From NCBI GenBank assembly GCA_003696625.1, contig RFGR01000061.1:1-63994 (forward strand): a stretch of 63,994 bases of DNA, in the 5' to 3' direction. This DNA comes from Planctomycetota bacterium (lineage in GTDB: Bacteria; Planctomycetota; UBA1135). Numbering within the stretch: the first letter of the stretch is position 1; each line of letters opens with the position of its first letter. Position numbers and translations under genes: made by a program. The notes below the pieces were generated by a model that was given only the letters and a program-made list of their open reading frames with translations, did not search any database and was not told the origin of the DNA. Of the stretch, positions 7,746-17,817 are shown in pieces.

Positions 7746-9608
7746 TTGGCCCGCGCCGCCGGCTTCCGCGCCACCTACCGTCGCATGCTGCCGTACCTGC
7801 GGCGGTACCGGCGGCAGGCGGCGTTGTCGGTGCTGCTCGGCGCCCTGGCGGCGCTCGGCTCGAAGGCCAACCTGGCCTTCGTCAAGCCGCTGGTCAAGCG
7901 GCTCTTCCCGATGGCGCCGCCGGCGGGGGCGGAGAGCACCGTCCTCGACCGCTTCGACCTGTGGATCGACCGGACCCTGGACGGCGCCTCCGTCTTCGGG
8001 CTGTCGCCGGACGCCTCGGCGGTGGTGCTGGTCGCCGGCTGCCTGCTGCTCAGCGCCCTGGTCTTCTCGCTGATCCAGTACGCCTTCCTGCGCCTGTCGC
8101 GGATGCTCGGCGTCTGGATGGTCGCCGACCTCCGCCAGGACCTGGCCGAGCACGTCCTCCGGCTGGGGATGCGCTATCACTCCGGCCGGCGCCTGGGCGA
8201 TCTCCTGTCGCGGCTGACGGCCGACGTCGGCACCAGCCTGCGCCTGCTGACGCTGGTGGTCGAGGAACTGGTCCAGGAGCCGTTCAACATCGCCGCCGCC
8301 TTCGTCATGGCCCTGATGGCGGCGCCGACCGCCACCCTCGGCATGCTCGTCTTCCTGCCGGTGCTGGCCCTGCCGATCGTCCTGCTCGGGCCGAAGGTGC
8401 GCAAGCGGAGCCAGAAGTCGCTGGCCAAGCTCGGCGACACCACCCAGGCCATGACCCAGATGTTCTCGGGCATCCGGGTGGTCAAGGCCTTCCGGATGGA
8501 GGACCGCGAGGCCGAGGAGTTCCGTCGGGTCAACCAGGAGTTCGTCCGTCAGACCGACCGGATGGTCCGGGCCCAGGCCACCAGCCTCGCCTGGACCAAC
8601 TTCCTGGCCCAGGGGGGCATCGGGGTGGCGATCGGATTGATCGCCCTGGCCAACCATCTCCTCGCCGGGGCGTTGTTCACCGACCCCAGCTCGATGATGG
8701 TCTTCTTCCTGGCCATCGGCTTCCTCTTCACCGGAGTCAAGCGGCTGACCAAGGCGGCGTCGGTGGTCTACAGCTCGATGGGCGCGACCAATCGGATCTT
8801 CGAGGTCTTTGACCTGGCGCCCGAGATCGTCGAGCGGAACGGCGCCCGGCCGTTCCCGGGCCTGCGCGAGGAGATCCGATTCGAGAACGTCGGCTTCGAC
8901 TACGGCGGCGGCGACGGCCCGGCTGTGACCGGCATCAGCTTCACCGTCCGCCGCGGCGAGCGGGTGGCGCTGGTCGGTCCGTCCGGGGCCGGCAAGAGCA
9001 CCCTGCTCGACCTCGTCGCCCGCTTCTACGACCCGACCGAGGGCCGCATCCTGGTCGACGGAGTGGACCTGCGCGAGCTGCGCTTGGCCGACTGGCTCGA
9101 TCGGCTGGCGATGGTCGGCCAGCGGCCGTTCCTGTTCCAGACCACGCTGCGTGAGAACGTCCGCTACGGCCGGCCCGGCGCCAGCGCCGAGGAGGTCGAG
9201 GCGGCCTGTGCCGCGGCCAACCTGCAGGACTTCGTCGACGCCCTGCCGGACGGTCTCGACACCCAGGCCGGGGAGGCCGGGGCGCGGCTGAGCGGCGGCC
9301 AGGCCCAGCGGGTGACCATCGCCCGGGCCATCCTTCGGGACGCCGACGTCCTGCTCCTCGACGAGGCCACCTCCGCCCTGGACTCGGAGTCGGAGCGGCG
9401 GGTCCAGGCGGCGTTGGAAAACCTGATGGCCGGCCGGACCTCCTTCGTGATCGCCCACCGCCTGAGCACGATCCGCTCCGCCGATCGGATCCTGGTCCTC
9501 GACCGGGGCCGGATCGTCGAGGAGGGGACGCACGAGCAGCTCCTGGACCGGAACGGGATCTACGCCCGGATGTGGCGGCTCCAGGCGGAGGGGGGCGCCG
9601 ACGGCTAG
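7746..9608 (+). CDS. ABC exporter, fused TMD-NBD (MsbA-like)
   Basis: Multi-TM N-domain; GPSGAGKS, LSGGQ, LLLDEATSALD, IAHRLST. Confidence 0.92.
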   Translation: MARAAGFRATYRRMLPYLRRYRRQAALSVLLGALAALGSKANLAFVKPLVKRLFPMAPPAGAESTVLDRFDLWIDRTLDGASVFGLSPDASAVVLVAGCLLLSALVFSLIQYAFLRLSRMLGVWMVADLRQDLAEHVLRLGMRYHSGRRLGDLLSRLTADVGTSLRLLTLVVEELVQEPFNIAAAFVMALMAAPTATLGMLVFLPVLALPIVLLGPKVRKRSQKSLAKLGDTTQAMTQMFSGIRVVKAFRMEDREAEEFRRVNQEFVRQTDRMVRAQATSLAWTNFLAQGGIGVAIGLIALANHLLAGALFTDPSSMMVFFLAIGFLFTGVKRLTKAASVVYSSMGATNRIFEVFDLAPEIVERNGARPFPGLREEIRFENVGFDYGGGDGPAVTGISFTVRRGERVALVGPSGAGKSTLLDLVARFYDPTEGRILVDGVDLRELRLADWLDRLAMVGQRPFLFQTTLRENVRYGRPGASAEEVEAACAAANLQDFVDALPDGLDTQAGEAGARLSGGQAQRVTIARAILRDADVLLLDEATSALDSESERRVQAALENLMAGRTSFVIAHRLSTIRSADRILVLDRGRIVEEGTHEQLLDRNGIYARMWRLQAEGGADG

Positions 9609-10087
9609 ATCGGCCCGACCAGGGCCACGGCCTGAACCTCGAGCCGGCCGCCGTCTCCGCCCTCGGTCGTCTTCCCCTTCAGGTTCACCCGGTCCGCCGC
9701 CAGGCCGAGCCGTTCGGCCAGGCGCCGGCGCAGCTCGGCGCGGTGGGGTGCCAGGCGGGGTCGGTCGCAGATCACGACCAGATCGACCGAGATCGGGCGC
9801 AGGCCGCGCTTGGCCAGCAGGCGGAGGGTCTCGGCCAGGAAACGGCCCGAGTCGGCGCCGGCCAGGCTCGGGTCGGTGTCCGGGAAGAGGGTGCCGAGGT
9901 CGTCGAGCCCGGCGGCGCCGAGGAGGGCGTCACAGAGCGCGTGGAGGACGGCGTCACCGTCGCTGTGACCGACCGGGCCGACATCGGAGGGCAGGTCGAC
10001 CCCGGCCAGCCGGCAGGGGCAGCCGGGCTCCAGGCGGTGCGCGTCCCAGCCGAGGCCGATCCGAAGGTGGGGGTCGGGCGAGGTCAT
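9605..10087 (-). CDS. ispF: 2-C-methyl-D-erythritol 2,4-cyclodiphosphate synthase
   Basis: RIGLGWDAH, GHSDGD, DLGTLFPD, NLKGKTTE. Confidence 0.95.
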   Translation of the reverse strand: MTSPDPHLRIGLGWDAHRLEPGCPCRLAGVDLPSDVGPVGHSDGDAVLHALCDALLGAAGLDDLGTLFPDTDPSLAGADSGRFLAETLRLLAKRGLRPISVDLVVICDRPRLAPHRAELRRRLAERLGLAADRVNLKGKTTEGGDGGRLEVQAVALVGPI

Positions 10088-10791
10088 CCGGTGGCGGTCC
10101 GGCCGGCCCGGGCGGCGAGCAGGGCCTCGGCCAGCTCGAGGTCGGCGGGGGTGGTGATCTTCCGGTTCGTGCTCGGGGCCTCGACCAGGACCGGTTGGTG
10201 GCCGGCAGCCTCGAGCAGGGAGGACTCGTCGGTCGGCAGGCCGCGGGCGGCGGGGTCCCAGGCCTCGAAGGCGGCCAAGAGCAGGTCGCGGCGGGCTCCC
10301 TGCGGGGTCTGGGCTGCCCAAATCCCCTCGCGGGAGAGGGTGCCTGAGGACCGTCCGTCCGGGGTCGAGCGCTTCAGGGTGTCGGCCACCGGCGCCGCGG
10401 CCAAGGCGGCGCCGTGCTCGCGGACCGCGGCGGCGACCGCTTCGAACAGCTCGGCTTCGACCAGGGCGCGGGCGGCGTCATGGACCAGGACGAACTCGGC
10501 GGTGGCCGCTGCGCAACCGGCGCGGCTGGATTCCCAGCGTTCGGCGCCGCCGGGGACGACCCGGTCGGCGCCGAAGGCCTCCGGCGGCCGGCCCCACCGC
10601 TCGGCGAAGGCCGCCGCGTCCCGCGGCGGCATGACCAGGACGACCTCGGAGGTGCCGGCCGCGGCGCGGGCCGCGCGCAGCGATCGCGCCAGCAGAGGTT
10701 CTCCGGCCAGTTCGAGCAGGGCCTTGTTGCCCCGGCCCAGGCGGCGCCCTCGTCCGGCGGCGAGGACGACGACGGCGGTGTCCGGCCTCAT
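10084..10791 (-). CDS. ispD: 2-C-methyl-D-erythritol 4-phosphate cytidylyltransferase
   Basis: LAAGRGRR..NK, GGAER, VHDAAR, AQTPQ, TDE, NRKITTPADL. Confidence 0.95.
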   Translation of the reverse strand: MRPDTAVVVLAAGRGRRLGRGNKALLELAGEPLLARSLRAARAAAGTSEVVLVMPPRDAAAFAERWGRPPEAFGADRVVPGGAERWESSRAGCAAATAEFVLVHDAARALVEAELFEAVAAAVREHGAALAAAPVADTLKRSTPDGRSSGTLSREGIWAAQTPQGARRDLLLAAFEAWDPAARGLPTDESSLLEAAGHQPVLVEAPSTNRKITTPADLELAEALLAARAGRTATG

Positions 10792-10834
10792 GGCAGGATT
10801 CTAGGCCGGAGACGGTCCCTGCTAGCATGGCCCC
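10792..10834. promoter_or_regulatory. Back-to-back leaderless promoters for ispD and ruvC
   Basis: Minus-strand TAGAAT (10803-10798) lies 6 nt before ispD ATG; plus-strand TAGCAT (10823-10828) lies 6 nt before ruvC GTG. Confidence 0.65.
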
Positions 10835-11377
10835 GTGCAGAACCGGCGGATCCTCGGCGTCGATCCCGGCACGCGGATCGCCGGTTGGGGGGTGGTGGTC
10901 GAGGAGGCGCCCGGTCGGCTTCGCCGACTCGCCTCGGGGGTCTGGCGGCTCGATCGGCGGCAACCGGCGGCGGTCCGCCTGGCCCGGTTGCAGGAACTCG
11001 CAGCCGCCGCCCTCCGCGAGTGGCGACCGGACCGGCTGGCGCTGGAAGCAGCCTTCTTCGGGCGCAACGCCCGCTCGGCGCTCCGGCTCGGCGAGGCGCG
11101 CGGCGTGATCCTGGCGGCGGCGGCCGCCGCCGGGGTCGAGGTGGTCGAACTTCCGCCGGCGCTGGTCAAGCGCCGGGTCGGCGGCGGAGGGGCGGTGAGC
11201 AAGGAGGGCCTGGCCGCACTGGTGGCGGCCCAGCTCGGTTTCGAACCGCGCTCCGGGCCGGCCGACGAGACCGACGCCCTGGCAGTGGCGCTTTGCGCCT
11301 TCCTTCAAGCTCCTGCGGAAACGAGAAAACCAGGACATAATGGCCGAGAGCTGCCGCCTGGGGCGGCGCTTCAGTGA
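10835..11377 (+). CDS. ruvC: Holliday junction resolvase
   Basis: ILGVDPG, ALEAAFF, LGEARGV, DETDALAVALC. Confidence 0.93.
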   Translation: MQNRRILGVDPGTRIAGWGVVVEEAPGRLRRLASGVWRLDRRQPAAVRLARLQELAAAALREWRPDRLALEAAFFGRNARSALRLGEARGVILAAAAAAGVEVVELPPALVKRRVGGGGAVSKEGLAALVAAQLGFEPRSGPADETDALAVALCAFLQAPAETRKPGHNGRELPPGAALQ

Positions 11378-11378
11378 G

Positions 11379-12077
11379 ATGGCTTCCCGATCCTCGTTCC
11401 GGAGCCTTCCGGTCGATCCCTGGCCGTGGGTGGATCGTCTCGAGCCCGGCCTTCGGCCGGGGCCGCCGCCGCCCGTGCCCGAGGCCGTGGGCGCGGTCGA
11501 CGCGCTCGGAGGGAGGGTCTGGATCTTTGCTCTCGGCGGCCCGCCGGCGCGGGCGGTGGACGAACTCCTGGATCTGGTCGAGCGTTCCGAGCGCGACGCC
11601 TCGGCCCCGGCGCGGCTGCTGGTCCTGCTTCCGGCCGAAGAGGAGGAACTCGTCCGCCGCCTTGGTCGGATCCGGCCGGCGCTCCGCCTTCGGCTCTACG
11701 CGTTGCCGAGCGGCGAGGGGGTGCCGGCGATCCTGGAGGAGCCAGCTCCTCCGGGCGGCGACCGGCGGCAGATTCTGGAGGAGGCCGGCCTGGAGGACGA
11801 GGCTCTCCGGCACGGCCGAAGGTTCCTGGCGGCGGCGGAGCGGTTGGATCCGCCGGTCCGGCTCGAGGGCGGCGCCTGGCCCTTGCTTCTTCGGACCCTT
11901 GACGGGACCCGTCTCGCCCTCCACCGCGGCCCTCGCTCCCTGGTCCTGGTCGAGGCCGTCGATCGGGCGGAGCCCCTCCGGATCGAGCTGGCCGACGACC
12001 GGGGGACGGACCTGGCGATCGACCGTCTGCTCCGTCGCCAGTACCCGGTCCGCCGCTCGCAACCGGAAGAGGCGTAA
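11379..12077 (+). CDS. Hypothetical protein
   Basis: ATG 1 nt after the ruvC stop; plausible composition; fills the gap before the next gene. Confidence 0.55.
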   Translation: MASRSSFRSLPVDPWPWVDRLEPGLRPGPPPPVPEAVGAVDALGGRVWIFALGGPPARAVDELLDLVERSERDASAPARLLVLLPAEEEELVRRLGRIRPALRLRLYALPSGEGVPAILEEPAPPGGDRRQILEEAGLEDEALRHGRRFLAAAERLDPPVRLEGGAWPLLLRTLDGTRLALHRGPRSLVLVEAVDRAEPLRIELADDRGTDLAIDRLLRRQYPVRRSQPEEA

Positions 12078-12107
12078 CCCCGCGCCATTGCTTCCGTCTT
12101 CCCGAGC

Positions 12108-12458
12108 GTGAAGGATCGCAGCCTGGCCACGCGGGCGGCCGGTGCCGTCCTCCTGGCGGCCTCGATCCGCACTCTCTTCTCCGGGATCGTCGCCGAACCC
12201 GCCGACCTGGCCGATCCGGTCCGCGGGGCGGAGGCCGTCCTGCCCGACCTACAACACGACGGCTGGCTCCGTTTGAGCTGGCTGCCCGGCTTGGGGCCGG
12301 AGCGGGCCCGGCAGGTGGTGGCCGCGCGCGCCAGGCTGTCGGTCCGGCTCACCCCGGAGAGGCTCGCCCTGCTGCCGGGGGTGGGGGAGCGGACGGCCGC
12401 CGAGATCGCCGCCTGGTACCGACGCGGCGGCCGGGGGCCGCCGGCAAGGCCGGGCTAG
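12108..12458 (+). CDS. ComEA-like helix-hairpin-helix DNA-binding protein
   Basis: N-terminal hydrophobic segment; two HhH motifs LPGLGPERA and LPGVGERTA. Confidence 0.75.
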   Translation: MKDRSLATRAAGAVLLAASIRTLFSGIVAEPADLADPVRGAEAVLPDLQHDGWLRLSWLPGLGPERARQVVAARARLSVRLTPERLALLPGVGERTAAEIAAWYRRGGRGPPARPG

Positions 12459-12468
12459 AATGCCGCGG

Positions 12469-13326
12469 ATGGAACCGGCGGGGGAGGTGCTGGAGACCGT
12501 TCGCGCGGCCCTCGAGGAGGACCGTGCCGACGCCGATCGGACCACCCGGGCCGTCGTTCCGGACGACCGGAAGGCCCGCGGCCGGATCCTTGCCCGGGCC
12601 GAGGGGGTCTTGAGCGGGGTCGCCTACGCGACCGCCGCCTTCCGGCTCTGCGATCCCGCGGTCGAGCTGGAATGGCTAGCCGAGGACGGCGACCGAGTCC
12701 AGGCGGGGGAGGTCGTCCTCCGCTGCTCCGGCCTCGCGGCCGGGCTTCTGGCGGCCGAGCGGACCGCCCTGAACTTCCTTCAGCAGCTCTCCGGGGTGGC
12801 CACCGCCACCGCCCGGATGGTGGCCGCGGCCGGCCCGGGACTGGAGCTGCTCGACACCCGGAAGACGGTGCCGGGGCTGCGCGCGGCCCAGAAGCAGGCG
12901 GTGGTCCACGGCGGCGGCCGCAACCACCGCCGCGATCTCGAGGACCAGCTCCTGCTCAAGGAGAACCACTTCGCTCTCTCCGGTCTGTCTTACGCCGAGA
13001 CCGTCCGCCAAGCGGTGGCGGCGGCCGAGGGCCGGGTGGTGGGGGTCGAGGCGGAGACCGAGGAGCAGGCCATCGCCGCGCTCGAGAACGGAGCCTCCTA
13101 CGTCCTGCTCGACGACTTCCCCGACGACACCCTGGCCGAGGTGATCGCCCGCCTCCGGCGGAGCCATCCCGGCGCCGTGATCGAGGTGAGCGGCGGGGTC
13201 CGCCTGGAGCGGGTGGCGCACCTCCGCCACAGCGGCGCCGACCGGATTTCGGTCGGCTGGATCACCCACAGCGCGCCCGCTCTCGATCTCTCATTCGGCC
13301 TCGAACGGGCGGCAGGACCATCCTGA
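12469..13326 (+). CDS. nadC: Nicotinate-nucleotide pyrophosphorylase (carboxylating)
   Basis: ERTALNFLQ, DTRKT, NHR, LKENH, VLLD, EVSGG, LDLS. Start placed at 12469 because of the -10 box 7 nt upstream; alternative ATG at 12460. Confidence 0.95.
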   Translation: MEPAGEVLETVRAALEEDRADADRTTRAVVPDDRKARGRILARAEGVLSGVAYATAAFRLCDPAVELEWLAEDGDRVQAGEVVLRCSGLAAGLLAAERTALNFLQQLSGVATATARMVAAAGPGLELLDTRKTVPGLRAAQKQAVVHGGGRNHRRDLEDQLLLKENHFALSGLSYAETVRQAVAAAEGRVVGVEAETEEQAIAALENGASYVLLDDFPDDTLAEVIARLRRSHPGAVIEVSGGVRLERVAHLRHSGADRISVGWITHSAPALDLSFGLERAAGPS

Positions 13327-13327
13327 G

Positions 13328-13753
13328 ATGGGCTGGTTCGCAGCCTTCTCCGCACCGGCCCGCGTGACGGATCTGCCCGGTCTCCGGCGACGCCTCCAGG
13401 ACCGGCTTCTCGCCGAGGGCCTCTCGTCGGCCCTGGTCGAACGAGCCGGCCTGGTGGTGAGCGAGCTGGCCCACAACGCCCTGGAGCACAGCGACCGCGG
13501 CGGCCGGATCCACGCCACCCTCCACGCCGGCGACGGCGGTCCGGTGCTCAGCGTCGCGTTCTACGGCGACCGGGACCTCCTGCGCCTCCTCCGCGGTCTG
13601 GAACGGTCTCGCTGCCGGCCGCCGGCGGACGCCGAGCGGGGACGGGGGCTCTGGCTGGTCCGGCAGTACGGCCGCGATCTGCGGGTGGAGTCCGGCCGAG
13701 ACGGCTGGGTCCGCGTGAGCCTGCGTCTCGCGGAGGAGGCGGCGGAAGGGTGA
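13328..13753 (+). CDS. Anti-sigma factor/RsbW-like HATPase_c protein
   Basis: VSELAHNALEH (N-box) and ERGRGLWLV (G2 box); the DxGxG box is not evident. Confidence 0.75.
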   Translation: MGWFAAFSAPARVTDLPGLRRRLQDRLLAEGLSSALVERAGLVVSELAHNALEHSDRGGRIHATLHAGDGGPVLSVAFYGDRDLLRLLRGLERSRCRPPADAERGRGLWLVRQYGRDLRVESGRDGWVRVSLRLAEEAAEG

Positions 13754-14253
13754 ACGGTTCGCTCTTCGCCCGAGCCGCCTCCCTGGCCTGGCCGGTCCGG
13801 CTGGCCATCTTCCTGGCCGCGGTCGGGCTGGTCGTTCTCGCCTCCTCGCTGAGCGGCCAGGAGGAGGCCCTCACCGCCCTGCCGCCCTATCTCGTCAATC
13901 TCGGCCACGGTCCGCTCTACGGCCTGCTCGCCCTCGGCCTGCTGCTCCTCCTCGGTCCGGCCGGCCCGCTGCGCACCGGCGGCCGGTTCGGCGCGGTCCT
14001 TCTGGTCTTCCTGGCCGGCCTCCTTGACGAGTGGCACCAGCTCGGCCTGCCCTCGCGCGGCTCGGACCTGAAGGACCTCGTCACCGACTTGCTCGGGGCG
14101 GTCTGTGCTCTGCTCCTGGCCGCCTGGGCGGCCCGCTTCCCGGTCGCTCCGGCCAGGCTGCTGCCGTTCGCGGCCGCTCTGGTGATCCTCCTGCTCTGGG
14201 CGGTGGTCGCCACCGAGGCGCCACCGGTCCCCCTGCCGTTGCCGGCCCCCTGA
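13750..14253 (+). CDS. VanZ-like membrane protein
   Basis: [25 protein letters not shown]. Confidence 0.8.
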   Translation: MNGSLFARAASLAWPVRLAIFLAAVGLVVLASSLSGQEEALTALPPYLVNLGHGPLYGLLALGLLLLLGPAGPLRTGGRFGAVLLVFLAGLLDEWHQLGLPSRGSDLKDLVTDLLGAVCALLLAAWAARFPVAPARLLPFAAALVILLLWAVVATEAPPVPLPLPAP

Positions 14254-14267
14254 CGCCGGCCTTCGCC

Positions 14268-15713
14268 ATGTCCACCTCCGATCCGCACTGCAGCTACACC
14301 TCCCCTCTGGCCCGGCGCTACGCCAGCCGGGCGATGCAGGAGAACTTCTCTCCCCGCCGGCGGGCCCTGGCCTGGCGCGACCTCTGGATCGCCCTCGCCG
14401 AGTGCGAGCGCGAACTTGGACTCGACATCGGCGAGGAGCAGATCCAGGCCCTGCGCGAGGCCCGCGACGACCTCGATCTGGAGCGGGTGGCCGAACTCGA
14501 GCGCGAGCTCCGCCACGACGTGATGGCGCACGTGCACGCCTTTGGCGAGAAGGCGCCGGCGGCGCGGGGCATCCTCCACCTCGGGGCCACCTCCTGCTAC
14601 GTGGCCGACGGTGCCGACCTGATCCTGATCCAGGAGGGGCTGCGGATCGTCCGGGCCCGACTGGTGGCGGTGGCCCGGTCCCTGAACGACTTCTGCCGAG
14701 CCCAGCGCGATCAGGTCGTCCTCGGTTTCACCCACTTCCAGCCTGCGCAGCCGACCACTCTGGGCAAGCGGGCCGCCCTCTGGCTCCAGGACTTCCTGCT
14801 CGACCTGGAGGAGGTCGAATCCGTGCTCGACCGTCTGCCCTTCCGCGGAGTGAAGGGAACCACCGGCACCCAGGCCTCGTTCCTGCAGCTCTTCGACGGC
14901 GATCACGACAAGGTCCGTCGGCTCGACCGGATGGTGACCGAGCGGGCCGGCTTCAGTCGTTCGATCCCGGTCTGCGGCCAGACCTATCCCCGGAAGTGGG
15001 ACGGGCTCGTCCTCCACGCCCTGGCGGGGATCGCGGCCTCGGCGGCCAAGATGGCCGTCGACCTCCGCCTGCTCGCCCATCGGCGCGAGGTCGAGGAGCC
15101 CTTCGGCCGCCGCCAGATCGGTTCCTCGGCGATGCCCTACAAGCGCAATCCGATGCGCTGCGAGCGGATCGGCGCCCTCGCCCGCTACCTGCTGCACCTG
15201 GCTCCGAACGGGCTCGACACCGCGGCTCATCAGTGGCTCGAGCGCACGCTCGACGACTCGGCCAACCGCCGGCTGGCGATCCCGGAGTCCTTCCTGGCGG
15301 CCGACGCGATCCTGCTCCTGGTCCAGGATGTCGCCTCCGGCCTGGTCGTCTACCCGAAGGTGATCGCGGCCTCCCTGGCTCGGGAGCTGCCCTTCCTGGC
15401 CACGGAATCGATCCTGATGGCGGCGGTCCGGGCCGGCGGCGATCGCCAGGAACTGCACGAGCGGATCCGGGTCCACGCGGTCGCGGCGGCCACCCGGATG
15501 AAGGAGGAGGACGGTGTGAACGACCTGCTCGAGCGCATCGCCGGCGACCCCGCCTTCGCCGCCGTCCGCGACCAACTGCCCGACCTGGTCGATCCCCGTC
15601 GTTTCTGCGGCCGGGCGCCGCAGCAGGTGGACGAGTTCCTGGCCGAGGTCGTGGCGCCGGTGCTGCGGGAGCGGGCCACCGTTCGTCCGCCCGAAGGATC
15701 GGTTCGGGTCTAG
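14268..15713 (+). CDS. purB: Adenylosuccinate lyase
   Basis: [32 protein letters not shown] signature. Confidence 0.96.
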   Translation: MSTSDPHCSYTSPLARRYASRAMQENFSPRRRALAWRDLWIALAECERELGLDIGEEQIQALREARDDLDLERVAELERELRHDVMAHVHAFGEKAPAARGILHLGATSCYVADGADLILIQEGLRIVRARLVAVARSLNDFCRAQRDQVVLGFTHFQPAQPTTLGKRAALWLQDFLLDLEEVESVLDRLPFRGVKGTTGTQASFLQLFDGDHDKVRRLDRMVTERAGFSRSIPVCGQTYPRKWDGLVLHALAGIAASAAKMAVDLRLLAHRREVEEPFGRRQIGSSAMPYKRNPMRCERIGALARYLLHLAPNGLDTAAHQWLERTLDDSANRRLAIPESFLAADAILLLVQDVASGLVVYPKVIAASLARELPFLATESILMAAVRAGGDRQELHERIRVHAVAAATRMKEEDGVNDLLERIAGDPAFAAVRDQLPDLVDPRRFCGRAPQQVDEFLAEVVAPVLRERATVRPPEGSVRV

Positions 15714-15825
15714 CCCCGGTTCCGGTCGGCTCCTCGGCCGAGGCGGGCTGCTCGGGGCGGGCCAGGCAAGAAGCGGCGGGAGACCCGAGGGCCTCCCGCC
15801 GCGGGGGTGGCGGAAAACCGCCGAC

Positions 15826-17694
15826 TCAGCCGCGCGCGATCGCCTCCAGCATGTTCTCGATCCGCGTGAGCTGAGCCTCGAGTTCGACGATCCGGCGCTC
15901 GAGGGCTTCGATCCGGTCCCGGCGGGCGGCATCCTCCGTGGCGAGGGTGGCGTAGCCGAGGACCTCGAGCGGTTCGGTGATCCCGCCCTGGACCTCAGGG
16001 CGCGGGTGGTGTTCGGGTTCGGCCGGCGGTCGGAAGAGCATGGTGACGTCCCCGCGCCGGGGGGCCTGAACCTCGCACTCCTCCTGCTCGCATCCCTCGT
16101 CGCACTCCTGCTCGCACTCCTCCTCGTCGCAGGAGCCCCGATCGCAAGCGGACCCGCACTCCTTCTCCTCACAGGAACCCTGGTCACATTCGGCCTCGCA
16201 CCGGCCCCGCTCACAGGATTCCTCGCATTCGATTTCGATCCGGCAGTCGTCGTCCCCCCAGTCGCCGAAGCGCCGGGCTTGCCCGTCCGGACCGACCATC
16301 AGCCCGCGCATCCGGATCTTCATCCGGCCGCCTCGCTCGGCCGGCGGCATCGGCCGGCCGAAGGGGGCAGGACCGCGGCCGCGGAAGAAGGGCGGCGGGG
16401 CGTCGTGGGGCGGATGCGGCGCCAAGTTCGGGCCGTCTCCGCAGCGGGGGCCGTTCCTGCGGTGGCGCAGGGATCCGACTCGCTTGTCGCCGGCGGTCCA
16501 GCCGCGGCCCGCCCAGGCCCGACGCCGGGCGGCCTTCCAGGCCATCCTCTTCTTCGCCGCCCACATCTTGGCCTCGGCCATTTTCCAGGCCCGGCCCTTC
16601 TTTGCCTGGGCGCAGCAGCCACAGCAGCCGCCTTCGCAGGCCTCCTCGCACCTCTCGCCTTCCTCTTCGCAGTGCGGCGCCGCGAAACGCCCGCCGGCCG
16701 GGCCCTCGGCCAGCATTCGGCCGACCATCGGACCTTCGTCGCCGAGGAAGATCACCTCGTATTCCCGGGTGACCTCGCAGGGGTCGTCGTCCTCGCAGAC
16801 CTGGTCGCCGTCGCAAGCGCCGTCGCAGTCGTCCTCGTCGTCGCAGTCCTCGCAGGAAGGCGCCACCGGAGCGCAGGCCGGCTCGTCTTCGACCTTGCGC
16901 AGCCTGAGGAGACCGCCGGGGCCGCCATCGTGGAGGCGAAGGACGTGGGTCTGGCGACCTCGCCGCGGAGCGCCTTCCCCGCACTCGGTCTCGCACTCGT
17001 CGTCCTGCTGGATCCAGACCAGTTGGTGCGGATCGGCCTCGCCGATCTCGATGGCGATCGCCGCCGACTTGGCGCCGGCGCAGTCGTCGCAGGGCTGGTC
17101 GCAGTCGTCGCCCTCGCCCTCGCCTTCCGCGGTGCACTCTTCTTCACCGCCGCACTCCTCATCCGGGTCCTGGTTGCAGGCCTGCGGAGCGGCGGCCGCC
17201 GCGACCTGGAAGGACCGGATCGTCTCGGGGGTGTCCCGATCGCAGGCACCGGCCGGCTCATCCGGTTCGCAGGCGCGGATCGCCACGGCCGCGGTCCGGG
17301 CGGCGTCGGGGTCACAGGCGGCCTTCGCTTCCGGGTGGGCGGAGGAGGCCTTGTCGCAGGGGGAGGGTTCCTGAGCGTCCTGGCAGGAGGAGGCGGCGCG
17401 GTGGGCGGCCGCCTTCGGGGTGGTGGCGCAGCTTCCGGCCTTGCGGCCGCCCACCCGGGCGGCTTCGGCGCAACCACCGCCGGAGCGGGAGCCGGCGGCC
17501 ATCCTCTCGCACCAGCCGCGCGGGTGCGGGGCCGGAGCCTGGGAGGAGGTGACGATGGCGGCGCCGGCCTCAGCGCGGGCACACGCCTCGGTCTGAGCCT
17601 TGGCCCGGGCAGCGTCACAGTGGCCGGCCTCCTGAGCCGGAGCCGAGCCGGCCAGGGGGGCGAGGAGAAGAGTCAGGGTGAGGAAGGGTCTCAT
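15826..17694 (-). CDS. Secreted cysteine-rich, acidic low-complexity protein with C-terminal coiled coil
   Basis: Signal peptide MRPFLTLTLLLAPLAGSAPA; 46 Cys in 622 aa by hand count; heptad tail RIEALERRIVELEAQLTRIENML. Confidence 0.75.
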   Translation of the reverse strand: MRPFLTLTLLLAPLAGSAPAQEAGHCDAARAKAQTEACARAEAGAAIVTSSQAPAPHPRGWCERMAAGSRSGGGCAEAARVGGRKAGSCATTPKAAAHRAASSCQDAQEPSPCDKASSAHPEAKAACDPDAARTAAVAIRACEPDEPAGACDRDTPETIRSFQVAAAAAPQACNQDPDEECGGEEECTAEGEGEGDDCDQPCDDCAGAKSAAIAIEIGEADPHQLVWIQQDDECETECGEGAPRRGRQTHVLRLHDGGPGGLLRLRKVEDEPACAPVAPSCEDCDDEDDCDGACDGDQVCEDDDPCEVTREYEVIFLGDEGPMVGRMLAEGPAGGRFAAPHCEEEGERCEEACEGGCCGCCAQAKKGRAWKMAEAKMWAAKKRMAWKAARRRAWAGRGWTAGDKRVGSLRHRRNGPRCGDGPNLAPHPPHDAPPPFFRGRGPAPFGRPMPPAERGGRMKIRMRGLMVGPDGQARRFGDWGDDDCRIEIECEESCERGRCEAECDQGSCEEKECGSACDRGSCDEEECEQECDEGCEQEECEVQAPRRGDVTMLFRPPAEPEHHPRPEVQGGITEPLEVLGYATLATEDAARRDRIEALERRIVELEAQLTRIENMLEAIARG

Positions 17695-17817
17695 CGGGAG
17701 GCAGGTCGGGTCACGAGAAGGGTGGAGCCGGGGAGCCCGGACGTGCTAGGAATACTCCCCCTCCAGGAGGCCGTTGGCCGAAAAGGCCACCGGCGACGGA
17801 GAAATCTCAGGAAGAGC

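Noticed and set aside
16060-16260. Repeated (C)TCGCA units suggesting a CRISPR or tandem DNA repeat
   Set aside because: They are Cys-Glu/Asp codons (TGC GAG/GAC) of the Cys-rich gene on the minus strand, with no fixed repeat-spacer periodicity
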